From: Marsupella aquatica
Lineage: Eukaryota; Plantae; Marchantiophyta
Direction: 5' to 3'
Length of the DNA: 64,000 nucleotides
NCBI GenBank assembly: GCA_973895155.1
Contig: OZ316898.1
Location: 1,180,751 to 1,244,750, forward strand
The notes below the pieces were generated by a model. That model was not told where the DNA came from, did no database searches, and saw only the letters and a list, made by a program, of their open reading frames with translations. The first letter of the stretch is position 1. Every line of letters starts with the position of its first letter. A program made the position numbers and the translations under genes. Positions 9,900 to 23,300 of this stretch are shown piece after piece.

Positions 9900-12740
9900 G
9901 CCTATGTTGTTGTCCAGATCGATCGACCTGTGTTTTGTAGCTCCAAAAAGTTTTAAAGTTGTTGTGAGGCAAGGTCTTTATGTGCTTGTTCATGCCATTC
10001 ATTTGTTGCAGGAACTGTTGAAGGTGTTGCAGGATTTCTGCCCCTGCCATTTGTCGACAGCCATGGCAAGACATCCCCGTGGGACAGCACACGAGAAGCG
10101 ACGGACTTACTCACTTAAGTTCAAGTTGGATGTCATTCAAGAGTGTGACCCAAACGTCAAGGGGCAAGGCTTTGGGGCACTTGCCAAAAAGTTTGGAGTG
10201 CCCCGATCCACTTTGAGAGGATGGTATGAGAAAAGGCAGAATTGCAAGCCTCTCTTAAGGATGACAAGATCTCAACCCAAAAATCTCATAGGTTAAGGGG
10301 AGGTGGGCGGAGGCATTGATGCCCGAAATGGAGGAGGAGCTTCATAATTGGATCCTGGCGCGAAATGAGAAGGGGTTGAGGGTGAAGGATTTGTACATCT
10401 CTAAGATGGGCTTGAAGATTCTTGAGAGGATGGCTACCAACACCGAAAATGAGGAATTGATGACGTTTAAAGCGTCAACAGGTTGGTTGGACAGGTTCAA
10501 AAAGCGACATGACCTGGTGTCGAGGAGACATACAACTGATCGCAAGTTACTAGACAATGCTGCTGATTTGTGTCGAGCATTCATTCAGGAGTGCCAAGAA
10601 TTGATTGACACTCACAAAATCAAGCCCAAAAACATTATCAACATGGACCAGGTGCCACGGTACTATGACACAGAGCCGAGGTCAACCATTACTACCCGAG
10701 GGAGTCGAACCGTGATGATGAGAAAAGGTGGCACCAGCCATAAACGGTTCACTATTGCCTTGTCCATAACAGGGGAAGGCAAACATTTGAAGCCACACAT
10801 TCTAATAATTTCAAAACGGAAGAACAAACCTGAAGTCCCGCTTGGCGTGTTTGTTGAGGTTAACCAACTGGTAAATAAAATTCTTTCATTATTTATTTGT
10901 GTGGAGAGCTTTTCTTTTTGACTTTCTTATGAAGCATGGTATTTAGGGAGAATGTAAAGATAATTTTTTGTAATTGTACTTAATGTAACCAAATTTGTAA
11001 GGATGCAGGTATGTGGAATGAATGGATATGCTGGGAACACTTCAATGAAACAGTGATGAAGCGAGGTGAGATCCAATTCTACCGGGAGCCCACTTTGTAC
11101 ATCATTGACGCATATGGTCCCCACCTGAAGTGGCCCAAGGCACATGCAAAGGTACTGGAGGACTACAATGTGTTTGTGCGTATTGTGCTAGCGAACCTGA
11201 CCTCCCTATTGCAGCCTCTTGACGTTGCAGTGAACCGTTCAAGCTACCAGGCAGATTATGCAACGCAATATGATGTCCACTTACATTGCAGATGCCTTAA
11301 GTAATCCATAGATGCAAACAACTGCTGGGAACCCTAAAGTTCCAGCTGCCAAGGTGGTGGCAGAATGGGCACTTTCATGGATTGGCAATTGTGAGAAGGA
11401 GGACATGGCAAATGCATTTAGGGTAAGATGAAATTTTGTTTAATTTTATGTGGCATTTGGCATATATTTCTTGATGAATCCTAAATTGATGTATCTTGTA
11501 CTCACAGGTTTGTGGCTTGGTGCCAAGCTCACAATTTGCAGTGGAAAACCTACATCCTCCACTTAGAACATTGTACATGGCAGACTTGGACTTGGCCGAA
11601 TGGAGTGAACAATATGGGCATGTACTTGAAGAGAGTGAAGAATTGCGCCCCACTCTCCTCATTGAGCCACCTACATGGTTTTGTCCTGAGGAGGATTACT
11701 CTCTATTTAATAGATGCCTTCTTTGTTGCAAGGGTATTCACGGAAGTGATGTGGATGAATATCTTGACACCTATGTGATAAAGTTGGTGGTGCACATGTC
11801 AATGTGTCCTGATCTTGATGACATTTTTTATGATGATGTTGCAGCTGATATGGTGAGTGGAGAAATGGTGGCAGGTACCTTGGCAGTGTTTGCAGCTTCT
11901 AAATTGGAGGAATGGGAGATTGAGCTCACAGAAGTGAATCTGGATAGCAAGATCATCCAAAACTTTGTTTACAAGGTGGAGGAACCTGTGAAGCGAGTTC
12001 ATTTAGCAAGAAGTGGCAATTATTTTTGTATGCAGCTCAATGAAGGGTTCATGTAGTGTTTATAAAAAACACTTGTTGGGTGACTCTATTCTTGGGCATG
12101 TGTTCCTTGTGTCACTATGAGAGTTATGAGATCTATGTAAGGACTGGTTTGTTTCAATGAGAGTCGTATTATGTAACTCTCATAGGGACACAAGGTGAAC
12201 TTGTCCAAGTCTCCTTGGTTATGTGATTTTATTGTGCTGCGAGTTGTGCTGTTAGAGAACTTTTTATTGTAAGTTTGAGGCAACCAAACAATTGTGTTAT
12301 GGTATGACATGTACTAAGTTCACAATAGTGACTTTTTGGAACAATTTTTAGATATTGTTGTTTGTCATAAATTTGGTACTTATGATTTGCAAGGTCTGTT
12401 CTCTTAGCTTCCCTTGTAATTCCAGCGTTTGAATTACCTACACATTCCCAAACACTTTATTTAAGACTTCAGTTTGTGCTTACACAATACATTAATCTCC
12501 TAACCTTGTACACAACATCCTAAACTCAAACACAACGCCATTTTTGAACACAACGCCATTTTCGAATACAACGCCATTTTCGAATAGCCATTTTCGAACA
12601 CAGCGCCACTAGGTTAAAAATCCAAAACCATGATTGTCAAAAAAATTGAACACAACGCCCAGGGCGCTATATTTGAATATAGCGCCCCCCGACCCACTAT
12701 TCGAATATAGCGCCTGGGCGTTGTGTTTGGGGGAAGACGG
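9900..12740 (+). mobile_element. pogo-family (Tc1/mariner) DNA transposon; left end not found
   Basis: Transposase remnants, right end ...GGGGAAGACGG followed by TA (12741-12742), subterminal AACACAACGCC repeats. Left boundary approximate. Confidence 0.8.
10063..12056 (+). pseudogene. pogo transposase (N-terminal HTH, CENP-B HTH, DDE_1) with two introns, frameshifted
   Basis: RRTYSLKFKLDVI...LAKKFGVPRSTLRGW; EEELHNWI...FKASTGWLDRFKKRH; IINMDQVP; IIDAYGPH; LLQPLDVAVNR. GT-AG introns near 10871-11008 and 11423-11507. Confidence 0.85.
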
Positions 12741-12742
12741 TA

Positions 12743-12820
12743 GCTTCATCATCCTCTTGCATAAGAAGGATGACCAAAGTAACCTCACCAACAAATGCCC
12801 CATTGCTTTGTTGAATACCC
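12743..12820 (+). mobile_element. Short LINE reverse-transcriptase fragment
   Basis: FIILLHKKDDQSNLTNKCPIALLNT resembles the L1-type RT motif I.LIPK.......N.RPI.LLN. Confidence 0.55.
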
Positions 12821-12994
12821 TGGGGCCAACTGAAGGTGTTTCAGGTGAGCTGAGATTTACCCTGAAGGTGTTTCAGGTGAGCTGAGACTTACCCCAGTCC
12901 TCCAACGGATGATCTCGCCACAACAATTTGCTTTCCTACCAGGTCAAAATATGCATATTCCTCTCATGCTTCTCAATGAAATGCTTCACCATAA

Positions 12995-15036
12995 TTGCCC
13001 TCCCTCCCTCCCTCAACGTCGACCCGCCCTTCACCCTCGGCATCCCGGGACCTGCCGCCCTCCACTTTAACCGCTTGGATAGGGGGAACGGCCCCCTGTG
13101 AGCCCTACTGCTCTGTGCGAGAATATTCCCAAAAAACAAAGAACGTGTTTTTGGCCGTCCGTCGAAGATTTTATTCGCCGAATGGTAACTTTTTTCGTTC
13201 GTCTTCGGCAAGGAGGTAACCTTAGGTAAGTTGGCCACGTGGTGCATCAATCAAATTGCATTTCCAATGTTGTGTACTAGTTCACATTTTGGGTAATTCC
13301 CCGAGGTGGTCGAAACGGGGGAGAATTCCAAGTTTTACCCACCCCGACCAAAAAGTGAATAAGTTTTACGTTGAAGTTCGGTTTGGATTATGGTTTTTAG
13401 CATTGGAAAGCTAGGCTTGTGGGCTACGTGGCGGTGATAAGTTTTGAGTTTTTGGAGAAGTTGAGAAAAATATCATTTTTTCTTGCATTCTCACATGAGT
13501 GATTCGGAGGAGATTTTCGAAGACGTGAAGCTTGAAACACGAGGATCACCATGGCGGTTTGAGGTGGAGAGAGAGGAGCAGGAGGAAGTGCACGTGACAT
13601 CGGTACAATCACCGGTGCAAGGAGTAGAGGGGATTGTAAAGAAAAAATAGATGACATCCAGGTTTGGAGGTGTCAAGTTTGAGGTGGAAAAGTATGATGG
13701 GCGTACGGACTGCTTGCTCTGGGAGAAGGAAGTGAAAGGAGTTTTTCGTGCTATGGGCCTAGATCATCTTCTCTCTACACGAGAGATGTACGATGATGAG
13801 GAGGAGATTCCGGCCACTAAAGAGGTGGAGGCAGGAACAAGTGATTGTAGTAAATGCGGTGATGCTTTATCTGAAGCCGCATCTCATCAAGAAGTTGGAT
13901 GACTAGCAGATTGTGCATCTTTGTTCAAAGCCCTAAGGGAGAAGTACTATCGGGAGGATGCATCAGATCGATTGTACAAGAAGTCTCTCTTGATAAGCCT
14001 TAGGCTCAAAGAGGGGAACAAACTTCAGGATCACTTGGATGAATTCGACAGCCTAGCTGTTGATTTGTCTAGGGGCGTTGAAGAAGAGGACAAAGCCTTG
14101 CTTCTTCTCAACTCATTACCCCCATCTTATAAGGGTTTGAAGCAGGTTCTCTTGTATAGAGACCTAAAGTCTATTTCATACGATGAGGTGGTAAGCTCTT
14201 TGCTGTCAGATGATGCACAGAAGAAGTTGAGTCAAGCCCAGACAACATCGTCATCTGGTGCTGCCTTGAATGTGAATCGTCGGAGGTCACAGCGGCGTCC
14301 CGAGTAGCGCACAAATGGCAAGGGACGAAGTAAATCTAGAACGAGATTTGCTTCAAGAGGGAAGTTCCAAGAGATAAAGCCAGTAGTCTGTTGGAAGTGT
14401 CACAAGGTTGGTCACGTTAAGAGGGATTGTAAGGGTAAGGCAGTTGAATCTTCATCAGCCAATGTGGCTAGTACTAATGGAGAAGTTGATAAAAGGAGTA
14501 CTATGCCCTGTGCACATTATCTAGGAGAGCAAACGATGTGTGGATTCTTGATTGTGCTTGCTCCTTTCACATTTGTTACATTCGCAAGTATTTCAATTCT
14601 TATTCTATGTCAAGTTGTTCAGTTTTGATGGGAAATGATCACTCCTGTCGAGTTGAGGACGAGGTTGAGGGTATTGGGTCTGTAAAGATTCAAATGTTTG
14701 ATAGCATTATGCGCACAGTGTCCAGAGTCAGGTTTGTACCTGGCATGCGTAAGAATTTGATTTCACTCGGTGTGTTGGATACAAATGGTCATCAATGGCG
14801 AGTAGTTGATGGTGAACTTCAAGTCATGTCAGGAGAAACAATGATTTTGAAGGGGAGCAGACAGAAAAATTTGTATGTGCTGAAGGGCAATACAGTATGT
14901 GGAGAGGCCAATGTAACCAAGTCTCACGAGGAAATGACTCAACTGTGGCATTCACGGCTAGGCCACATGAGTGAGAAGGGTTTGACTATCTTGCGGAAGA
15001 ATGAGCTCATTTATGATTTGCAGTCTTGTAAATTAT
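12995..15036 (+). mobile_element. Truncated older Copia remnant (leader, gag, protease, GAG-pre-integrase), no LTRs seen
   Basis: gag from ATG 13495 (MSDSEE...RFGGVKFEVEKYDG), CWKCHKVGHVKRDC knuckle, WILDCACSFH, LWHSRLGHMSEKG. Leader homologous to that of element 1. Confidence 0.9.
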
Positions 15037-16230
15037 GTTCAGCTTCACTATATTATTCCAGGGTAGCCAAAATCATGCAACCATGTAGTAGTTTTTGCAT
15101 AATCATGAGCAGTTTGGGTACAATATCTTCAAGAAAGTAACCAATGAGGGCATCCTTATCTGCTAATTGTTGACATGGCTGTGGTTGTGAAGAGAATTAC
15201 TACTATGCTTACTTAGTGGTCTCAAGGTCCATACACAATTATAAGATTAAAAAAAACACTAAAGTGGGGTAAAAACTTTTGCTTTTTCCAGGGGTGAGTT
15301 GGCCCTGATGTCAATCTCTTATTAAATAGCCAATTTGGCCTAGAAGCATACTGAACCACAAACACCTTGTTGGAGAGTGACTTTACACATGTAATTATAA
15401 TGCAAGTAACCAGTCATTCCTTGGAGTGAGGGATTCTTTTCCATGATGCAACTCCCTCTTCAACTCAATTCCAAATTACTTTTTATTTTTTAGCATGATT
15501 GGAAAATGAAATTGGGCATATTGCAAACATGGTTTTGATCCTTTTGAGTAATCATTTTCTTAGAACCCCACTTAGAACAACTTGCAGCCAGAGTGTAATT
15601 TTGTTCGGCCTTTACGACTCACCGAACCCCTAGGTCAAGGGCCTGGTTCATTTTTTGTTATACCATGTCATGTTAATTAAGCTTTTGACTACATCATGGA
15701 ATATACGAAGTCCCTTGCTATGGACCAAAGTACATGTGCCACGAAACTCGAACTGAGCCCTAGAATTTAAGAGCTTGGGTACAGGTGCACGATTCAGTGC
15801 AACATTTATTATCTTCTGTAGAATAATATATTGTACTCCAACAGATAATCCATCTTTTTTATTTCGTGGAAAATGTGGTATTTCCACTGAAAAACCTGCT
15901 GCATCCTACCAGCTTGGCTACTAGGGTTAAAGAGTCTCTCCACCACGAAAAGAGACCCACCAAATTTTCTGAAAAAGTGCCAAAGCGTCAGCAAACTACA
16001 ACAAGAAAAAGGTTGGAAACCTTCCGGAGGACCAAAGCTGTTCACAAAACTGCCTCGAGAGAACCAATTGACCTTTCGCATCCTCAGCTCCAGTGGACGT
16101 CTGGAGAATTGGCCAATTGATGTCTGAGCTAAGATTCGAAGTATGAGAAAAGACTGGGGGGCCTCTATGTCTCTCAGAGAAATGCAGAGAATCAGCGATA
16201 TCTGTATGATAAATTAAACTCCGGCCCCTC

Positions 16231-17739
16231 TTAGGATTTAGACTGAGCAACATCATCGTGATCGGTGGTAGTGACGATGTCCGCCCATTCCGCAAGAGAC
16301 TTAGTCTCATTCTCCAAAACTTGTTGAATAACGGGTACTGCATCGCTCCCTAGCGGCAGCCTCAACGGCAGCGTCCGACCCTCGCAGCGACCACTCTTTG
16401 TCAATGCTTCGACAAGCAATTGTGCAGCCTTAGCCGGATCCCCGGGTTGCTTCATATCTATGTCTGCAAAAGTTCTTTTTAGCGGATCCATGAATGACCG
16501 GTAGTCATCGATGCTCTTAGCCACACCGAAATTATTGCCGTCACTTAAGAGATTGGTGCGGAACATGCCAGGCTCGATGATAGTCACTTCGATGCCCAGA
16601 TCGGCCACCTCCAGCCGGAGTGCCTCCGTTGCTCCCACCAGCGCGAATTTGGTGGAGCAGTACATGCCACCTCCGGCTATACTCTTCCAGCCGCCCAAAG
16701 ACCCGAAGTTAGCAATGACTCCGGACTTCCGAGAGCGCATATGAGGTAATACAGCACGAATGACTCTCAGCTGCCCGAAAACGTTGGTTTCGAACTGGGC
16801 CTTCACCTCTTCGTCGCTGTCAGAGACATGGTGCCAGTATAAGTAATGGAAAAATCGCATAAACTTACTGTCTTCCTTATAGCCACGACTAGAGGCAATA
16901 CATAAAAGTGAATTCAAAACATGAGGAAAGTAGCATCCAGTATTCTTCTCAAATATTTTCAGAGTGAATGAAGTGAATCTTCTCAAACATTTTCAGAGTG
17001 AATGAAGTGAACAAACAGATACTGGAAATGGGGCATCGGATTCCCATCGTCATTTGGTGCCAGAGTCTAATAGAAGTCCGCAAAGCATTTTTACTGTAAA
17101 AGCATCCAATTCGATTCCTCGTGGCTCGGACGTGAGAAAGAGTTCGGAGAACCATACATAGTTGAAAGATTAGAGGGGTGAAGATCAAACGCCTGTTCGT
17201 GGACAGAAATTCTGGGAGAAAAATTAATCTAGTTCCTAAAGAATGTGCTGGTCATGTCTGAAAGAGTCCCCTTTATTTCACATCCCTTCAACTATCATGT
17301 ACTGCGGCATGTATTTTGTCAATTCGAAATAGTTAACTCTCCTTCCAAGGTTCAATGTGTATCGTGAAGAGAATTGTACAGAAATTGAATTCTAGAGAAA
17401 TAGGAACCAGTCGCAGAAGGAGTTGCGGACTGGATTGGAGAGAAGGTCTCACCTGCACTCCTCAATCGCTCCTGTAATAGCATAAGCAGCATTGTTCACC
17501 AAGATATCAATCCTGCCGTAGATTTTCAGCGCCTCATCGATGGCACTCTGTACCTTTGCATCGTCCGCGTTGATATCCAGAGCGAGTGTAGAAACGCCCG
17601 CAGCCTTCAAACCCTCGAGTCTGGTAATGTTGCGACCCGTTGCTATGACCTTATCCCCATGAGCAATAGCAGCTCTCACTAGTTCACGGCCGAAACCGGA
17701 GGAGCAGCCAGTGATGAGCCAGACTTTCGACGACGACAT
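16231..17739 (-). CDS. Classical short-chain dehydrogenase/reductase, 2 exons (17453-17739, 16231-16816), ~290 aa
   Basis: WLITGCSSGFG Rossmann motif, DILVNNAAY, NVFG, catalytic YCSTK, IIEPGMFRT, QPGDP. The GT-AG intron joins the exons in frame (EECS|DEE). Confidence 0.92.
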
Positions 17740-18944
17740 GATGCAGGATCTAGATTTTTTGATGTTCGGAAGGTTAGCTTGATAGAATTGAACTTCTATA
17801 GAAATAGAAACACTCCTTATCAGAGGCTTGATCTCTCTCCCTCGACGAAATCGATATTTTCCACATCCGTCATAGCGGAAGTATCCGAAATCCTGTCTCT
17901 TAAATGTGGCATTCTCCTGCCTCCGCCTTGCACTTATTCTTCTCCTCGTAGGCACGTGTCACTGCATCTGCATGCCAGTTCATAGCTCTTCTTGTGCCGA
18001 AACATTCCTTACTTAAATTCTACGAAAGCGATCGGACATGACATCGAGGTTCGTCCAAACAATTGAATACTTTGAAAAAACATGAAAAATTGAAAAATTG
18101 AATTGGAATGTGAGGGGGAAGATTGTTGAAGTGCTCACTGACATTTGGTTTACAGAGTCGTCTGATACATGTGACATGGAGGATATGCGGTTGAAAACGA
18201 TATCAAAAACGGCAAAGGAATCAGGAATTTAAAGTCAAGAATGCCAAGTAAATGATTTTGGAGTGGTTGTCCCATGGCTTAAGTTCCCTTGGTAGACAGA
18301 AGCATAGTGCCACAGCCGGCGATAACATGTCAGTGTGAGTTAGACTCGTGGTTCTCCTGAAGGTGCCAGCATTGACACATCTGTAAATTACCTCGCTCAC
18401 CTGAACCCGGGCCTAGAGCTCTCGCCATGAATGCCATATGCCTGCCACCGACTACAGTAGAGGCTACCACTGCTATCCATTCTTGGGTTGACATGACTTC
18501 GCTCTACTCTATTACGTTGTGGACCATTTCTGGGAGTCTGGGCTCAACCGATGAAGTCTGGTAAGTTCTGGTACAGTGCTTATCCTGCATCCACAAATGA
18601 GTGAGGATTGGTTGATAGAAAGCTTCACCAAAATAAACAATGATTCGCAAGATGGAATTCTGCTAGACCAATACTGTCCTTGGATTCCTCAGCGAAGGAT
18701 CAGTTGCAGCTTCGTCCTGGTGAAGATGGCATCATTTTACGTGACGTGGTCGGCAATGAGGAAGCAAGGGAGATTTTTGTGTTGCATGTTCAAATGTTGT
18801 GGCAATCCAAAGCATCAGCTCCTAGCTAGGATCAAGTCAGCCAGTTTTTATTCCCTCATTATAAGTAAAACTGCCAAAGAACAACTGCCAAAGAACAAAA
18901 ATGCCAAACCTGGATAGAGAATCCCCCAAAATAACGAAAAAGAA

Positions 18945-19506
18945 AATACTTTTTTACTAACCTATCCCCCAAAAAGACCATGATTACCAACCTGTCCCCC
19001 AAACTATTTTAATTCATAAACCCACCCCTTTTTTGTCCATGTGCTAACTTTAACTCATGTACTTACCCATGTACTTAACCCGAGGTCATTACCTATTGGC
19101 CCAGGAGCCTCTTTTAAATTGGGAGTATGTTGGGAAGGAAACTGGGCACGATGGGAAGGAAAGGATGGCCATGTCAACGGGCCCGCCTTTGGGGGGTTGT
19201 CAGGGCCAGGAGGAAGCCGGGGTCGTGGCTGCCCTATCGCCACGCAAGGGAGCCTGCCTGGTACGTATACACTCGTGATTGTCATGATGGGAAGGAGTCG
19301 GCCTGGGTTAGGGCAGAACAAGCTGGGGTTTGGCCGAGGGTTTGGCCAGCCAATAGCGCTTTGCCATGTGTCATGCAACCAATAGGGAATGACCTCAGGT
19401 TAGTTACACGGGTTTAACTTAACCCATATATGGTAAGGGGGTCTTAAAATAGTTTGGAGGCATGTTGGTAATTATGGTTGGTTTGGGGGATAGGTCAATA
19501 AAAAAT
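18945..19506. mobile_element. Fold-back/MITE-like element with long imperfect inverted arms
   Basis: acctatcccccaaa...ttaccaac...caaactatttt (18960-19010) is inverted at 19446-19495; gaggtcattacctattgg (19082) is inverted at 19379-19396. TSD not resolved. Confidence 0.6.
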
Positions 19507-19656
19507 GGAAAGCAGAAAAGGGAGAGACCCCAAGAAGCCAATCCCACAAAACGGAGGACCCCATAAATGAGGGGAAAGAGGAAAAAGGAGACACCCCAGG
19601 AAGGCCAAAGAGGCCACACAAGCCAGAATCTTAAAAGCCAAAGACCCAATGAAGGA

Positions 19657-20000
19657 TGTTAGATATTGCTCTAGTCTTGTGACTCTTGTGCTAACCACAG
19701 TTAGGCTAACTCGGGTTAGGACCTAGCTAAGGTTAGCGGTAGTGCTGTTGTGCATATAGCCAGGGCTGATGCCAGACCCTGGTGGAACAAAGGCTCATTG
19801 TTATGGAGCTAGTTGAGAGATAGGGAGAGCTTGTGCTGTGGATACTTGGTATGGCCGGTCGGCCTAGTGTGCAGGAAAGCTCTTGTGTGTTCCCGTGGAC
19901 GTAGCCTCATGTGGAGGTGAACCACGTATCTCTCTGTGTCGACTATTGTGCGTTGGATGGTTCATGGGCTTGCAGTTACGAATGTTGTCTATGCTGAACA
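19657..20000 (+). repeat. 5' LTR of element 2
   Basis: 6 mismatches against the 3' LTR by manual comparison. Confidence 0.97.
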
Positions 20001-20002
20001 AG

Positions 20003-20014
20003 TGGTATCAGAGC
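20003..20014 (+). promoter_or_regulatory. Primer-binding site (tRNA-iMet)
   Basis: TGGTATCAGAGC two nt downstream of the 5' LTR. Confidence 0.95.
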
Positions 20015-20380
20015 ATGCCTGGGAGGTGACGAGGTTTTTTCGTGACAGGTTTTTTCCAGCGTTCATTGTCGATGGTACATTCGGAGTTTCGTCGCATGAA
20101 ACTCGAATGTGTGTGGCTGTGCGGATAGGTTCGTGAGAGGGCTTTCTAACGGTGGTTAGAACTCGCTGATCGGTATCCGTGGTGCGGAGGAATCGAAGTT
20201 TGCGTCGTTCAGGTTTTATTCGTGTTCGACGGTTTTTTGGGGGAGAGACCAGAGTTTGTGTTTTCAACGGTATGAGCTGTGCGGTGCGGGAGGCGTCGCA
20301 TGTTGTAGCTCAAGTTGAAGGTTGAAGCAAGCTGGTCGTTTCGGTAGTTGATTTGTTGCCGAGTTGTTACCAAGTGCGAC

Positions 20381-23300
20381 ATGACGAGTGACGGAGACGT
20401 TCAGGTTTTGTCACAAGCTATGGAGCTTGTTCTCATCTGAACCGGGTTTCTCTTCGTGACGTCCGACTCGGTGGAAGAAACGCGAAGTGCTATGGCTCAA
20501 CGGTTTGATCGCGGCGAAGCGGTCATTTTGAGTCCGGGATTGGCACTTGACACGGAAGTAGGGAAGAAGAGGGAGATGGCTAGATTCAGAGGAGTGAAGT
20601 TTGAGGTGGAGAAGTACGATGGTCGTACCGACTACTTGTTGTGGGAGAAGCAAGTGAAGGGTGTTCTACGGGCCATGGGCTTAGCTCATCTGCTCTCTTC
20701 GCGAGAGCAGTATGATGGAGAGGAGGAGATTTCTTTGAGACAGTGGAGACAGGAGCAGGTGATTGTTGTCAATGCAGTGATGCTATATCTCAAGCCGCAC
20801 ATCATCAAGCAGTTGGATGATTATGCGGATTGCACGTCACTGTTCAAGGCTCTAAGAGAGAAGTACTACCGGGAAGATGCGTCAGACCGGCTGTACAAGA
20901 AGTCTCTCTTGATGAGCCTTAGGCTCAAGGAAGGGAGCAAGATGCAGGATCACCTGGATGAATTTGACAGTCTAGCGGTGGATCTGTCAAACCTGGGAAA
21001 AGGAGTTGAAGATGAGGATAAGGCCTTGCTTCTGCTAAGCTCCTTACCGTCGTCTTATCAGGGCTTGAAATAGGTGCTCTTGTACAGAGATTTGAAGTCC
21101 ATTTCGTATAATGAGGTGGTGAGCTCATTACTGTCTGATGATGCTCAGAAGAAGCTGGGTCTATCATAGACAGCATCTTCTTCTGGCATTGCGCTGACTG
21201 TGAACAGGGGAAGAGCAGCGCAACGCATGAATGGGCAGAACAGGTTTAGATCTACATCACGGGGGAGATCTAAATCCAGAGGGAAATCGCAAGAGAGGAA
21301 GCCTCTTGCATATTGGAATTGTGGCAAGCCAGGCCACATGAAAAGGGATTGTCGAGTAAAGGTCCCTACTGCCTCTGCTAATGCGGCATCGAGCTCGCAT
21401 GAGGTAGATTTACTCGATGATGATGACATATTGTGATGTCAAGGTTATGCTCTCAACGTAGTGTCAAATCCAGGTAGTGATGACTGGATTCTAGATAGTG
21501 CATGTACTTTTCACATTTGCTCTAGAAGAGATTGTTTCAGTTCTTACACGGTTTCCAACGGGTCAGTGTTGATAGGAAATGGAATCCCATGTCAAGTTGT
21601 TAGACTTGGATCTGTAAGATTTTAGATGTTTGATGGTGCTGTGAGAAAGTTGAGGAATGTGAGACATATTCCCAGCATAATGAAAAATCTCATTTCACTT
21701 GGAGTTTTAGAAGCAAATGGCCATCAGTGGAGCTCTGCTAATGGTATCCTTCAGGTTTCAACTGGTACTAAAGTTGTATTGAAGGGAAAGAGACATAGCA
21801 ATCTATACGTTTTGGAGGGCAGTGTAATTTGTGATGAAGCCAATGTAACCTTATCTCATGAGGAGACGGCCCGGCTATGGCACTTCCGTTTGGGCCACAT
21901 GAGTGAAAAAGGTTTGGTTATTCTTCAGAAGAAAGGATTACTTTCTAATTTGCAATCTTGTAAGTTGGAATTTTGTGAGCACTGTGTGCTAGGGAAGCAG
22001 CACAGGAAACCCTTCGGAGTTCGAACTCACACCAGCAAGGAGGTACTTGAGTATGTACATAGTGATGTGTGCGGTCCAGCCCCTACTCCCTCACATTCTG
22101 GATGGTTATACTATATCACGTTCATAGACGATTACTCAAGGTATGTGTGGATATACTTTCTACACAATAAGTCTGATGTTTTTGCCACTTTTAAGGAGTG
22201 GAGATCCCAAGTTGAGAATCAGACTGGTAATAAGGTGAGATATCTTCGATCGGATAACGGCGGTGAATATAGTTTCGGTGAATTTGGAACGTATTGTAAG
22301 GAGCAGAGGATCACCCGCCATCTCACAACAAGTTATACTCCTCAGCAAAATGGTGTTTTTGAGAGACTCAACCGAACACTATTGGACCGCTCGATGAGTA
22401 TGTTGAGTCAATCATGCTTACCACATGAGTTTTGGGCTGAAGCTGTCAACACTGCAGCTTATTTGGTAAATTTTTCTCCATCCAGTTCTATTGGATTCAA
22501 GACGTCATTTGAAATGAGGTATGGGCGTCCAGCAGATTACTCACATCTGAGGATTTTTGGATGTGATGCTTATGTGCTTACACCTTCCCAGCTTCGATCC
22601 AAGCTGGAGTCCAAGTCAAAGAAGTGTATTTTCCTTGGATATCAGAAAGGTGTGAAGGGTTATAGGTTATGGGATCCAGTAACCTGTAAGCTAATTGTCA
22701 GTAGAAATGTGTCCTTTAATGAGTCCAGATCATCAAAGGAGGGGGAGAGTTCTCAGGACTCCCATACTGACAAGGGGAAATCTCCCATCCAGGATGGGGT
22801 TGAGGGGGAGATTAGTCATGATGTTGTTCATGACAGGAGAGATGGAGAAGCTCCGGGCTTGGAGCTGGTTCCTGTGATGGAACAAGAGGAGCAGATTGTT
22901 GCTGGGGTACCTCAAATTCAACCAACAATAGCAGCAGATCAGCCTGGGTCATCTACTAGAAGAACTTTCAATCGTTCTACTAGAGCTCCTACCAGGTATG
23001 GTCAATGGGCAGACTCATCTAAGCTAGATGATATTGACATTGCACCTGATGAAGATAACATGGCTTTGATCTTGGAAGAAGGAGAGTCTTCTTCGTACAG
23101 TGAGGCTTGTGCTTGAGAGAAGAAGCATGAGTGGAATGCAGCAATGCAGAGGGAGTTGCAATCTTTGAGTGACAACAAGACATGGGAGTTGGTGGTGCTT
23201 CCAAGAGGTCAGCAAGTGGTGGACAGCAAGTGGATTTACAAGTTGAAGGATAATCCTTCAGAGGGTGGAGATAAGATCTACAAGGCAAGGCTTGTTGCCA

